Origin: Octopus vulgaris | Taxonomy: Eukaryota | Direction: 5' to 3' | Assembly (NCBI GenBank): GCA_951406725.2 | Contig: OX597838.1 | Coordinates: forward strand, 6,386,001 to 6,450,000 | DNA: 64,000 bases | In this document: positions 1-13,962 of the stretch, piece after piece | Numbering within the stretch: the first letter of the stretch is position 1 | Layout of the letters: each line of letters begins with the position of its first letter | The notes under the pieces: generated by a model | Databases searched by the model: none | What the model was told of the DNA's origin: nothing | What the model saw: the letters and a program-made list of their open reading frames with translations, nothing else | Made by a program: the position numbers and the translations under genes

Positions 1-44
1 TTATATTATTGATATTCATCGAAAAATCCATCGTGGAGAATATG

Positions 45-48
<4 letters not shown>

Positions 49-137
<89 letters not shown>
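49..137. repeat. (TA)n microsatellite, representative of dozens of (TA)n/(CA)n/(TATG)n tracts across the window
   Basis: Perfect TA dinucleotide run. Similar tracts at 321-461, 5207-5297, 8098-8147, 61216-61303 and many more. Confidence 0.98.
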
Positions 138-140
<3 letters not shown>

Positions 141-184
141 GAGTAAACACATAAATGTGAAACAAGGTGGAAAAAAAGAGTACT

Positions 185-190
<6 letters not shown>
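138..190 (-). mobile_element. 3' end of hammerhead mini-element family HH-A (inverted piece)
   Basis: CCGGAGTAAACACATAAATGTGAAACAAGGTGGAAAAAAAGAGTACTCAAATA is the reverse complement of 47066-47117, the 3' end of the long HH-A copy. Flanked on both sides by (TA)n. Confidence 0.85.
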
Positions 191-464
<274 letters not shown>

Positions 465-765
465 TGTATGTATGTATATGTATATGTGTGTACATATATA
501 AACGCATACAAACACACGCGCAAACACACGTATATATATATACATATACATATGTGTGTACATATATATATATATATATATATACATATATATATAAGCA
601 CATACACACATACACATATAAGTTGGTACCCTTGTCATTGGACTTTCTCGTTGTCAATGTCGTTTCTGACGTCCCTACCACGACCTCTCAAATATGTATG
701 CAATCCCGCTGCAAATCTACAGTATCAATGGATCAATATAGGGGGTAATATTTAGTACACCTCAA

Positions 766-1462
766 GGCGGGTTGCTGGCAGAATCGTTTACACGGCTGGC
801 GATATGCCTAGCGGTATTTCGTCTGTCGTTACGTTCCGTGTTCAAATTCCGCCGAGGTCAACTTTGCCTTTCATCCTTTCGGGGTCGATAAATTAAGTAC
901 CAGTTACGCACTGGGGTCGATGTAATCGACTTAATACCTATGTCTGTCCTTGTTTGTCCCCTCTGTGTTTAGCCCCTTGTGGATAATAAAGAAATAGGTA
1001 TTTCGTCCGCCGTTACGTTCTGAGTTCAAATTCCGCCTTTCATCCTTTCAGGGTCGATTAAATAAATACCAATGACGCATTGGGGTGACGTAATCGACTT
1101 GATCTCTTTGTCCCCTCTATGTTTAACGCCTTGCGGGCAATAAAGAAAGAAATATTTTGTTAAAATTCCCTTTCGGGGTCGATAAATTAAGTACCAGTTA
1201 CGCAATGGAGTCGATTTAATCGACTTAATCCGTTTGCCTGTCCTTGTTTGTCTCCTCTGTGTTTAGACCCTGGTGTGTAGTAAAGAAATAGGTATTTCAT
1301 ATGTCTTAACGTACTGAGTTCAAATACCGCCGAGGTCGAGTTTGCCTTTCTTCCTTTCGGGGTCGATAAATTGCGTAAACCCAGTTGCGTACTAGGGTCG
1401 ATCAAATCGACAGGCCCCTTCCCCCCAAATTTGTAGCCTTGTGCCTAGAGTAGAAAATAATA
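766..1462 (+). mobile_element. tRNA-derived SINE group A with internal tandem reiteration of the core
   Basis: Pol III A-box-like TGGCAGAATCG and B-box-like GTTCAAATTC. The core GCCTTTCATCCTTTCGGGGTCGATAAATTAAGTACCAG (MetaSINE-like, from recall) is repeated about 4 times. Ends GTGCCTAGAGTAGAAAA. TAATATTTAG occurs near both ends (746-755, 1458-1467). Confidence 0.85.
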
Positions 1463-2234
1463 TTTAGCAATATATTTAGCACTTCGTATTTAGTAAAGAG
1501 TGAATATATATTCTACCGAGAAGAGTAGTTCTGTATCTTCAAACAGTGCATCCGGTTTGTTTGAAATCTTCCGAAGATTAATTGTACAGAGGACACACAG
1601 ACGGTGATACAATAACAAATTGAACAAATCAATATTAGTAGAGTTAATGCAGATTATTAATAATTCAAATTTATTATACATATATGATGGAAATATTTTG
1701 CGATGTCTCATATTTTAGCTAAAGATATTTGCTTTATTTCTTATCAGAAAATTAGTGCCTTTATTGGAATACATTGAGATTCTCTGTTAATATTTCTCCA
1801 ATCAAACTAACGGATGAATATGTATATAGATGTCCGAGTGGAATGCTTAATACAATAATTACATACTCATCATTTATTAACGCGCTAAAATGCTTGTTTG
1901 GAACGTGAAATTTATGCAATGCGAAGTTTGAGAAATGCTTCGGCGTGTAAGCGATTCCGGTTATTTCCTTCTGTTGGTGTTACCGTTCGTATATATAATT
2001 AAGTGACCTAGATACACAATCTAATAAATAGAAATTGTTCATGGCAGACATGCTTATGATCGATTACCGAAATCATTTCCAGTGTCCCTACATTATAACC
2101 ATAGACATACCGTTGCTAGAGGCTGTGACATCCTTCCTTCCAAAGATACCTTAAAGACAACGGCACATGCGACAATTTGTATTCTAAGTCACCACCACAG
2201 ATATACATTCGTTTTATATATATATATGTGGGGG

Positions 2235-2520
2235 GGAGGTGCAATGACTCAGTGGTTAGGGCAGCGGACTCGCGGCTGTAGAATCGCGGTTTCGATTCCC
2301 AGACCGGGCGTTGTGTGTGTTTATTGAGGCTCTGGCGGAGTGGGGTGGCGATCCCTGCCGTACTCTTTCGCGACAAATTTTCTTTAACTCTTTCTTCTGT
2401 TGGCCTGCTCGCTTAGCCAGCGGGGAGGCGTCATTTGAAGGGTGAAACAATGCGAAGCGTATAGTGACCAGCGATTTGTAGCAACATCTGATTGCCTTGT
2501 CACTCATGTGATCCTGTGAT
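2235..2520 (+). mobile_element. tRNA-derived SINE group B, tail type B2
   Basis: Head GGAGGTGCAATGACTCAGTGGTTAGGGCAGCGGACTCGCGG...GTTTCGATTCCC is shared with 6008, 18972, 20822, 21874 and 62105. Body matches 21874-22148. Ends in (AT)n. Confidence 0.85.
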
Positions 2521-3112
2521 ATATATATATATATATATGGATGGATGGATGGATGGATGCAGTATGTAGGTATTTATGTATGTGTGTATATGTTTTCATT
2601 AACGCATATTCAATATTTTAACATTTGCGTTGTTCTAAGTCTTGCTAGGAATAGCAGTCAAAATCACCCAAAAATCTCACCAGAGTATCTACCAAAGTGC
2701 TACAATTCAATAGACTTTCTCTTCAAAGAGACCCCACATAAAAAAAAAAACAATGGGACCAAAAGACAACAACATAGTCATGGGTGGTGCGCTGTTCCAC
2801 GTACGATTCGCCGACAAATACCGACCTGGAATTCAACAGTAGTAAGCTATACACAAAGAAAGAAAACAGAAAAAAAAAAAAACAATTCTAGAGTGAGACA
2901 TCATCGATGGGGAATGGCTGCTTCATTTGAAATACATTTTCATATTATATAACCTGTTTATTCTTTAATTATATGTTGACTTTGTAGCGACTATCATTGG
3001 TGTCTGCTACATATCATTATGTACGAATATACCTAAGTTTATATAGGAGAACGCATTAAAATTTCGAGATTAGTGAGTCCCGAGGTATTGGAGGAAAGCA
3101 TATTCTTATAAT

Positions 3113-3486
<374 letters not shown>

Positions 3487-3566
3487 TTTTGTATTTTTAT
3501 TATTGTTGTTGATTGTGTTGTTATTGTTATTATTATTAGCAGTAGTAATAGTTGTATTATTATTAC

Positions 3567-3598
<32 letters not shown>

Positions 3599-3965
3599 AC
3601 TCTCATGTTTAGTACTAGTCGGCCTTTAATATTAGTAGCAATATCGTTCGTATTATAACTTGGACTGTAGCGCTTGCTCGCTTTGTATCTCCATTTTTCA
3701 AATACTCTCTCTTTACCAGGCGCGCGCACACACACACACAAATATATATCTGTGTGTGTAGGTGGGGTGTGGGTGTGTGTGCCAGGCAGTGATACAATAT
3801 GTATTCTCCAATGAATAAACTTCGTATCTTTTTACACAAGGCGACGAAATTATAGTAGGTAGAAACTCTCTCTTCTACAAATATACAAGACAAGCATACA
3901 CGCGCACCCACGCACACATACATGCAAACACACGCACACACTCATACACAAAGATTTATAAAGTA

Positions 3966-3998
<33 letters not shown>

Positions 3999-4167
3999 TG
4001 GAGATTTACATATTTTGGCATATATGCACTCATGTATATCTCTGTGTATTCTACTGTATATCTATGTGTCCAAAGGCTTGTATACGTATATAAGAATCGA
4101 TTGATATACCAATGCACATCTCTCCCCCTCTCTCTCTTTCCCTCTTTCCTTATGTATATATATATAT

Positions 4168-4217
<50 letters not shown>

Positions 4218-4228
4218 ATATATATATG

Positions 4229-4285
<57 letters not shown>

Positions 4286-4316
4286 ATATGTATATGCACA
4301 CATGTATATATATATG

Positions 4317-4352
<36 letters not shown>

Positions 4353-4638
4353 CATGCCTAAGTGTTCTATTACGTAGGATAGGTGAGTTTGTGTGAGTGT
4401 ATGCATGTGCCTGTGTGTGTGTGCGTGTGTGTGTTTATGTGTGTGTGTGTATATATAAAGAGACGCCAAAATAGCTGAATACATTTGCCAGATATTGCGT
4501 ATAAGACGTGTGAATAATTTTCAGCACTCTCAAGAATACGGATGCACATGCAGCAGTAATATAACCCCAACATACACACACACACACACACACACGCAGA
4601 CACACACACTCACACACACACACACACACACACACAAG

Positions 4639-4669
<31 letters not shown>

Positions 4670-5200
4670 GCACACACATGAACGCGCGCAAACATATCTC
4701 CATGCCGCACTGCATATACTTAGAACGTAAGCACAAAGGCTCCCTCACTCTCAGACACACTAAAAAAGAATATATATTTTGACAATTTTGGCAATCATAT
4801 GTTAGAATAACTTCTCTTGAAATGCTTCCAAAGAGGTAGTTATTTTTTTTTTCTTTCTTTGGAACAACCAATGTCTTGTTACTCCTTATAGGTTTCTGCA
4901 AGATATCACTGAAAGTTGATTCCATTTACATAAATATCCATAAGAAAATAACTATTTGATGTAGTATTTTTTTTGTTTTACATTTGAGATAAAATATAAG
5001 AATATCGAAAGGGTGTTTGCGCGCGTGTGTGTGTCTGTTTGTGTGTGCGTGTGTGTGTGTGTGTGTTTATTTTTATGCATATGCATTTGTATACACACAT
5101 GCCGACATAAAATAGATGTATTGATGTTAACATAAACATAATGTATATATGTTGTTATATATATGTAGTTATATATATACACATACATACATATACATAT

Positions 5201-5301
<101 letters not shown>

Positions 5302-5305
5302 ATAA

Positions 5306-5337
<32 letters not shown>

Positions 5338-6007
5338 ATATTTATAGAAAGAAAGAGGAAGAGAAAGAAAGATGGAAGATGATAGGTATGTATATGTGTG
5401 TATGTGTGTGTACGGGTTCTTGTGAGAATGTGTGTGAGCCTCAACTTAGTTGAAATATATTTGTGACATATTTCAATTAACTTCGAAAGGCAAATTCGAT
5501 GCAGTTACCGAGAAGTAATAAATCTCTGATGGGACAGCGTGTAAAAAAAAACCCACCATATCCGTCCAGTTTTGCCCTCTATCGGATTCCCAGAGTCAGT
5601 TTTTCTTTTTTTTTTTTACGATTGTTTGGTAGAGATCATTGATAACGACAGGTGTTCTGTGTACTTACCTTGTGAATGCAGAAAGGTGATATGTCTAATC
5701 AAAAAGTATTAACGTTAATTGTGTGGGTAGAATCTTCATACATCAGCGCTATGAAAACATCATTTCTTATGCTGTGAGAAAGGAAATACTCTGGTGACAG
5801 ATTTTAGAAAAGACAGTTTTTCAGACTTTCTTTGTGTTGTTATATAATTAATCAAATACCTCTTTACAGATCAAAACACATGTCTTTTAACGGTATATAT
5901 GATAACCGTACCTACAGGAGATACTGAAAAGGCTACTACAGCAGAATATATCAATTCTCATTTTTATTGGATAATTATCAGCATAACGTGAATGATCATG
6001 GAATTGT

Positions 6008-6395
6008 GGATGGAAGCACTCCGTCGGTTACGACGATGAGGGTTCCGGTTGATACGAATCAACGGAACAGCCTGCTCGTGAAATTAACGTGTAAGTGGTT
6101 GAGCACTCCACAGACACGTGCACCCTTAACGTAGTTCTCGGGGATATTCAGCGTGACACACAGAGTGACAAGGCCGGCCCCTTGAAATACAGGTACAACA
6201 GAAACAGGAAGTAAGAGTGAGAGAAAGTTGTGGTGAAAGAGTACAGCAGGGATCACCACAATACCCTGCCGGAGCCGCGTGGAGCTTTTAGGTTTTTTCG
6301 CTTAATAAACACTCACAACGCCCGGTCTGGGAATCGAAACCAAGATCCTATGACCGCGAGTCCGCTGCCTTAAACACTGGGCCATTGCGCCTCCT
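6008..6395 (-). mobile_element. Full-length SINE group B, tail type B1, with 12-bp target-site duplication (TSD)
   Basis: Group-B head at the right end (reverse complement). Direct repeat TCATGGAATTGT at 5996-6007 and 6396-6407. Confidence 0.9.
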
Positions 6396-6654
6396 TCATG
6401 GAATTGTACAACATACAGAGATGGTTATTGGCATAAATATATCCCTCTCTCGATTTCAATGATGCTCTACCATTCCGTATTGTTCAGCTTTATATCAACA
6501 CCATTTTCGGTACATGAACCATCTATGTCCATGTTGTACACAGATGCCCTCGTTTAAGCAAATTTTCCTTAGATGCATCCACCCCACCTTACCTCCAACA
6601 ACATATGCAAACCAAACACGAAATATATGTGTGTGTATGTGTGTGTGTGTGTGT

Positions 6655-6770
6655 GTGTATGTTTGTGTATCTGTGTTTGTCCCACCACCACCACCACATT
6701 CATCAATCCACAACCGATGCTGGTCTGTTTAGCGGTTCGGAAAAAGGGGCCGGTAGAATAAGTACTAGAA
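6655..6770 (+). mobile_element. SINE group D, 3' half fragment
   Basis: GTGTTTGTCCC...CAACCGATGCTGGT...GTAGAATAAGTACT matches 56495-56571. Confidence 0.7.
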
Positions 6771-7136
6771 ACCTAACACGAAATCTGCAGGTGTCTCCCC
6801 GAATAGGCATCTCGGAGAAATACATAAATAATGTCTTGCTAATCGAGTCTCTTTCAAAACAGTTTTTAATCATATCAAAAATATAAAATCGCACATTCCC
6901 GCTGTACATGAGCAGCACAGCACGATGATATTACATGACACCATGAATTATAGGTTTCACTAATATGGAGTTTATCTCTTCACAAGCAAACTTGCTGTAA
7001 AAACGCTCGTGAAACATTGGCTTTTCACTTCTCATCCTCAAAAGTCCTCAATGACAGCAACCAGTGACACGCTAATAATATTAAGTGATGCCACAATCAC
7101 ATAGTGACTAGTAGTTCAGAGGTGGTATATTGTGAA

Positions 7137-7283
7137 GCCGAGGTCGACTTTGCCTTTCATCCTTTCGGGGTCGATTAAATAAGTACCAGTTACGCGCTGG
7201 GGTCGATATAATCGACATAATCCGTTTGTCTGTCCTTGTTTGTCCCCTATGTATTTAGCCCCTTGTGGGCAGTTAAGGAATAG
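7137..7283 (+). mobile_element. 5'-truncated SINE group A (A2 tail) with TSD
   Basis: Core plus tail ending AAGGAATAG. Direct repeat ATATTGTGAA at 7127-7136 and 7286-7295. Confidence 0.85.
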
Positions 7284-8092
7284 GCATATTGTGAAATGAA
7301 TTGATGTCTTAGACCGCTAAAGGAAAGGATTGAATTCTCATAATTGAAAACGTTTCCTTATTGCTTTGAATGTGAACAACAACAGAAACATAAAAATACA
7401 ATAATAACAACGACTGGACAACTTGAGTGCGTCTGCATTACCGTTTTCTACTCAAAATTCTTCACATCTCTGGTTATTTACAAAAGTATTATCGGGACTC
7501 GGCAATATATATTCAATAGTATAAAATTGGAAAGTGTAAAAATGTTTCTCTCATCCTTTAAACATGCTGAATGAAGTGATGAAACAAGGCAATCTAATGC
7601 GTTGGTAATGATGGGAAATCGACTTGACTAGATAACATATCGTTCAATCAGTTGCAGGTCACTGAAAAAGTTGTGCAAGTCAGACATGCCCATACAGAAA
7701 AAAAAGTTTTAGAATCACGCCTGTAAAGGATAATTTCGTCTGTAAGATAGTCGACCTTCGTCACTCTATAATCACAGACCATTTCAGTAAAGAAGCACGA
7801 GGCCAAAATGTTAGACACAGAAAGCCATTCGTCATTGATCCTGCATATATCGTATTGTTCATTGACGATAAGCCTCAGCTCAAACAAACCATCCAAAACA
7901 GAAGAGCGACGGTGAGTATCTGAACCGTCCCATGTGAATTCACATTTATTTTAATTTCATATTTAATATATCCGCATCGACGCAATGTAGTTAATACGTA
8001 CTTCAGTTTATCCATCAAAACACAACACACAAGACCCAAACATAACCACATACATACATGCATATCACACAAACACACATATATATATATTA

Positions 8093-8149
<57 letters not shown>

Positions 8150-8234
8150 TAGATAGATATATATATATATATATGTGTGTTATAGAGATAGGTATATATA
8201 TAGACACAGCTATACATATATACATGCATATACA

Positions 8235-8283
<49 letters not shown>

Positions 8284-8338
8284 GTTTATGTATGTATGTA
8301 TATATGTATATATATATATATGTGTGTGTATATATATT

Positions 8339-8373
<35 letters not shown>

Positions 8374-8971
8374 GTATGTTTGTGTATATATATACATGTA
8401 TATATGTATGTATGCATGCATGTATGTATGTATGTATGTATGTATATACACTCCTTCAATGATTATTTACTCATTTATTATCTTCGTGTTTTCGTCACTT
8501 TTAAATGGTGTTTATTGGGTCTTTGTTTTGCTGTAAACCTCTGTTTGGCGCTACTCCATATGCACATCCACATATTATTATTCTTTATCGTTTTACATGA
8601 CATGTCATATTTTTAATATCATTTTTATATCACATACTCAACTTAAAAAAAAAAAAAAAATCTAATATAAACGCGGTGAAGTAATGTTCTGACAAATAAT
8701 ATTGGAGCATTGCCAAGGTAGCGGGGTGGGGAAATGGCGAGTCGGGGTGCGGTCTGCACGGTATAAACATAGTTATTGTATCGATGTATATATATTCAAA
8801 TGCAAACGCCACTACACACAATAAGCGTAAAGTTCACATTCATACACATACACGCATCACACATACACATAAACACACACACACACACACACATAAATGT
8901 GTGTGAGAGCGTGTTTGTGAATACATTAATTTCTGTTTACGTAAATAAATATAGATGTGCGCCTCTACATA

Positions 8972-9090
<119 letters not shown>

Positions 9091-9365
9091 TATGTATATA
9101 TATACACACATACACATTCATATATATATATATATAAATACATATACATAAACATATATATATATACATATATAGATATGTGTACATATGTATATATAAA
9201 CATACATATGTATATGTGTGTGTGTGGGCGCATGCGTGCGGTTACCGAGAGACGGACAAACATATATCTAGATACAACTAAAAAGTTATTTATCAATGAA
9301 ATAGACTTATGTTTTTCCCGTATATACCTACCCTCAGAAGTGTGTGCACACACACACACACACAG

Positions 9366-9431
<66 letters not shown>

Positions 9432-9506
9432 GTGTGTGTATGTGAATATTTTAAATGTTCGAATATAAGAAAGAGTCTGTGTATTATGTATACTGTTGGG
9501 TGGCGG

Positions 9507-9537
<31 letters not shown>

Positions 9538-9992
9538 TATATACAGATATATATATGTGTATATATATATGTGTGTGTGTGTAAACAATAAACTTATCGG
9601 GCGATTGGCTTTCGAATAGAAGACTAACGAGGCAACCAGTCTTGCTTTCATTACGTGTCAAAATAAAATAACGCTAGAATATATGCAATCGATTTTTGAA
9701 GCAATCAATACTTGTATCGTAAACGATTCTACGTACAAGCTTGCAGATAATTGATCTAAATTGAGATTGTGGAAACTGGATTAACCTCTCTTTCCCCTCT
9801 TTCATTTGTCTCCTCTCTCTCTATATGTCTTTATCTCATTCTCTCACAAATATTTATGAGATATACATTCGTATACAGAAATATGTAAAAAACAAAAAGC
9901 AAAAAAGCAGTATTAGGTATATCCGTATACATAGACTTATAAATACCTCGAAATATCTAGTCGCCAAGTCACACAAGTATACACTCTCACAA

Positions 9993-10025
<33 letters not shown>

Positions 10026-10149
10026 CATGTGTGTATATGCTTAGAGAGAGAGAGATTTAAGTGATATACAGATCTTGTATATTTAGAATATGACTATCTT
10101 ACTATTCTCTCTGTCTCTTTCTCTCTGTCTCTAAGCATATACACACATG

Positions 10150-10187
<38 letters not shown>

Positions 10188-10517
10188 TGTGTATATGTTT
10201 TTGCATATATGATACAGTTCTATACCATATTACTGTATTGATTTTTTTAACAAACCTTGTTTGCAAAGTGCAATACACACGGATTGGTTTCATACATAAC
10301 AGAACACCAACTTATATCAACAGTTGTTGTTAACAGGTTCTGTCCGGTTTTCATCAGTGATAGATTCTTTCTCTTTGACTTTCCCTGAATACATTTTCTA
10401 TAAACCCGCCATGAACACGTTTCTCCTCACATGAGTTGAACTCTAAACCATATTGCCTTTACAATGAGTGAGGTCATGTGAGGTCATTCGATATTTAATA
10501 ATGTAAATAAGAGGAAT

Positions 10518-10733
10518 GTGACGAGCTAGAAGAAATGTTAGGACGACGGCGAAAATGCTTAGCGTTATTTTGGTCTGTCTTTACGTTCTAAGTTCAAATT
10601 CCGTCGAGGTCTACCTTGCCTGTCATCCTTTCGTGGTCTACAAATTTAGCACCGGTCGTGTACTGGGAGTCGATCTCATCGACTGGCCCACTCCGTATAA
10701 GTTTCGGGACTCGTGCCTAGAGTAGAAAAGAAT
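10518..10733 (+). mobile_element. Diverged SINE group A (A1 tail)
   Basis: Head, B-box GTTCAAATTC, core and tail GTGCCTAGAGTAGAAAAGAAT align to 766-1462. Confidence 0.8.
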
Positions 10734-10788
10734 ATATGTGTGTAAGGCGGTTAGCGGTATTTCGTCTCTCTTTCTTGTTCCATTTTTT

Positions 10789-10840
<52 letters not shown>

Positions 10841-10841
<1 letters not shown>

Positions 10842-10996
10842 GACGGGCTACTTTCAGTTTCCGTCTACCAAATCCACTAATAAGGATTTGGTCGGCCCGA
10901 GGCTATAGTGGAAGACACTTGCTCAAGGTGCCAAGCTGTGTGACTGAACCCAGAACCATGTTGTTGAGAAACAAGCTTCATACCACACAGCCATAC
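10841..10996 (-). mobile_element. SINE group D, 5' half
   Basis: Reverse complement aligns to 56286-56445 (GGATTTGGTAGACGGAAACTGAAAG). Abuts (TA)n. Confidence 0.8.
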
Positions 10997-11217
10997 AGAA
11001 ATGCTCATATATTATTACTCATTCATTAGAGTTTTAGCTTTATTTTTATTTTCTGTAGCGATCAAAGTCGCACTCGTGTAACTCAATCGCCGAGAGTCCC
11101 GCGCATAGCAGTTATCAAAATTCGGCGCCGAAATTATTTCCAGTCAGAAATATATATCTGAAACCTCTTGACTTTGCGTGTTAGCGTGTAACATGTGTGT
11201 ATGTATGTATGTATGTA

Positions 11218-11614
11218 TTCCAGAAGGGAAGGATCGTCCTTTGATGCTGACATGCAATGTCTGTGCAAGACCCTGCCTCAGTAAAGCTGGACTCAAGAGT
11301 CATTTTCGTAGTCATAAAATGATACAGATGAGTGACAACCTGGCCACTGGTGGTGGTGTAACACACCATACTAATCATATCTGTCGGGCATGTGGAAGAG
11401 AGTGTAATTCAACAGGAGGACTTAAACGACATGCAAAGGTACATGAAGCCCAGTTACATCTACAGCCGCCTATTACCAGTTAAGGTTTTTGTTGGCAATT
11501 TTTTACAAGACATTGTAGATATTTAGCTGGGCTAAAGAGTTACATTCGATCACGGCACCAGTAAGAGTTAAGCCTCGTGCAATGGCCATACTCGACAACG
11601 AGGAGGGCAGCCAT
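11218..11614 (+). mobile_element. 3' end of an RTE-type LINE with C-terminal C2H2 zinc fingers (degraded)
   Basis: ORF 11178-11483 encodes CNVCARPCLSKAGLKSHFRSH and CRACGRECNSTGGLKRHAKVH. A third decayed finger (..RHCRYLAGLKSYIRSR) follows the stop, then a short hairpin tail GCCATACTCGACAACGAGG. CxxC..GLxSH.R.H is typical of RTE ORF2 C-termini. Flanked by (TATG)n. Confidence 0.65.
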
Positions 11615-12653
11615 AAAATTTTTTAAAAATAATATATGTATGTATGTATGTATGTATGTATATATGTATGTATTTCTGTGTTGTTAAATGCGCTTTGGTG
11701 AAATGGTAAGCGCGAAAACATATTCCTTAATATCTACTTCAATATATACAGAAAGCACGACTTCCTAAAGATCACGTCAGTTATCGTTTCATTACATCTA
11801 AACTCCATCTACATCACGTGATATAGCTTTATATTTATTACGTGAATGAGCGCAACCTATAGTTGTTAGATCAAATAATTTTTCTTAAAGAACAGCATTT
11901 TAGTGGATTTATAAAATATTCAGAAATTGAGCAGAAAAAAGTAACATCAGAAGGAATTCATAAGAAATTCTATTTTATTTGATATGTAAGTTTCTTATTG
12001 TATATGCGTTTGACTTTCATCGATTTTGTCTTAAGAACAATAAGATATTCTTTTTAAAATAATATATTGACAAAATTATCTACAATAAATATGACATTTG
12101 CGCAAATGTGCAAGAAGACTGCATGTACGCAAAGAAACAAACACAACCATAGTATATAGAGAAACTGGAATGTGTGTGTGTGTGTACGTGTTTATATATG
12201 TGTGTGTGTGTGTGTATGGGTGTGCCTATGTGCGTGTCTGTGTATGCATGTTTGTATGCATTAATGTTCTTGATATTACACGAACATTTGCAGTAAAAGC
12301 AAAATTATCTGCTATATATATATTTATATCTATATATATCTGTGCATAGAAATACAAGGACATACAGTTGTACATAAAGATAATCTGAAAGAAGAAAGGG
12401 AAATACATACTATATAAATTTTCACATAAAATAGACTTTTATATTGAAGCTATTCTTGAAGAACATTGAATGCTTTAAAAGGGAAGTATATTTTAAAACA
12501 TAGAAAATATTTAAAATATTTTATGGAAAATGTCTATGAAAACAAAATTTTATATCTGCATATTCACAAAAAATTAACGTCATACACATATGTACGCGTG
12601 TGTATATGTGTGCGTAAATATACCCGTATTTAGGAATTATCTGTATGTAAACC

Positions 12654-13300
12654 TATTGGGCTGTGTGATATATTCGTCGATTTGTTTTCGACTAGATTTT
12701 ATCCTCATTTTTGATCAAATATTACTACGAATAATGCATTCCAGCAGTTTATCCAGGCCTTGACAGTAGAAATCCCCACGCCTTCACACAAGGTATTCAT
12801 CGGTTCATGTATTCAGCTCCTCGCCATTGTCGAACGAATCTCCTCTCAGAATGTTCCAGAACGATCGAGAAATGTAATGAACTGAAGCCGATATATGAGG
12901 AGAGTACCGGGGGTGCAATGAACCTTCCGATCCGTGTACTTGAATTGCATTTCTGGTCAAAGTAGTGACATGAGGCGAGCATAGTCGGGTTCAAGAAACA
13001 CGCCTAATCGTCTTTCTATTAGTTTCACCTGAATTATCTCTTTTAGATTAATAGGCGGTGTAACGAGAGCATCCCATAAACTGGATCTGTTCTCTAGATT
13101 TCACAGGGATTTTCATGCATTAGTTCGTTCACTACATCATTATTTAAGCTAAAACGTAGTCCAGATAGTGGAGAATAGTTGAGGAAGCATTACCCACCTT
13201 CAATATGCGTAAACCGTTTCAGTGCAGTTTTTTTTCATTAGTAGCCACAACTCCATACACAGCCCAATTATTTTGCGAACTTCGTAGCTTGCGATTCTTG
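12654..13300 (-). mobile_element. Decayed mariner transposase relic
   Basis: Minus-strand translation with a frameshift and stops gives DYAR-HVTTLTRNAIQVHGSEGSLHPRYSPHISASVHYISRSFWNILRGDSFDNGEELNT*TDEYLV*RRGDFYCQGLDKLLE. This matches the mariner pattern HDNARPH...HPPYSPDLAPSDY...FY..GI.KL. A terminal-inverted-repeat-like (TIR-like) TATTGGGCTGTG lies at 12654. The upstream boundary is uncertain. Confidence 0.75.
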
Positions 13301-13600
13301 ATTGAAAAAGAAGCAGTTGTACAAAATACTTATTTTGCCCCGCCGGCATTTCTTCGTTATATTTTTCAGGAGCTACAAGTTATAGGGATTGCAACAAGTT
13401 GCCAAGTAGCATATGGAGACTAGCTCAATAGAATAGCGGCCGATGTTCATTTCTTTGTCTATAACATCATAGCTATTTCTCATATGAAAACTGGTATTAC
13501 TTGCATTTCTTGTAACGGAAAAGAGGTCCCCAGAGGCAGTGATGATTCTAAAACTTCAAACTACGTATATTGTATAGTATTTGAGGAGCCTGTATTTGTC

Positions 13601-13672
<72 letters not shown>

Positions 13673-13684
13673 GTATGTATACAG

Positions 13685-13752
<68 letters not shown>

Positions 13753-13754
<2 letters not shown>

Positions 13755-13962
13755 CGGGAAGCTTTATGAAAATAAACAAAAGACGAAGGCAGGTGGAGTA
13801 TAAACAAACAAATGTATTAGTGTGGCGCTCAGGAACAGAAATAGAACAAGTCTTTTACGATTCGAGCCTACGCTCTTCAACAGAAAGATACAGAGAAAAG
13901 AAACACGGAGAGAAACAAGGAGAGAAAAAAATGCGTGCAGAAGCTAGCGATTCGACATGGCG
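13753..13962 (-). mobile_element. Hammerhead mini-element family HH-B
   Basis: Reverse complement aligns over about 200 bp with 42776-42969. Bounded by (TA)n on both sides. Confidence 0.8.
13851..13888 (-). ncRNA. Minimal hammerhead motif (HH-B), core-substituted
   Basis: TCTTT-CTGTTGA-A-GAGC-GTAG-GCTC-GAAT-CGTA-AAAGA. Stem I has 5 bp and stem II has 4 bp. Two core substitutions (CUGUUGA, GAAU) suggest an inactive copy. Confidence 0.6.

Noticed and set aside
5670-5772. Minus-strand exon bounded by TTTCTCACAG and GTAAGT
   Set aside because: The splice-like signals are good, but all three frames contain stops and there is no transcript evidence. At most a non-coding exon.
7648-7915. Complex-sequence ORF or exon candidate
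   Set aside because: The 82-aa minus ORF resembles no family I recognise. The plus-strand AG...GTGAGT interval had a stop in the frame I translated.
11178-11483. Host C2H2 zinc-finger gene
   Set aside because: The ORF start lies in a (TATG)n tract, there are no TGEKP linkers, the third finger is broken by a stop, and an RTE-like tail follows. A LINE 3' end explains it better.
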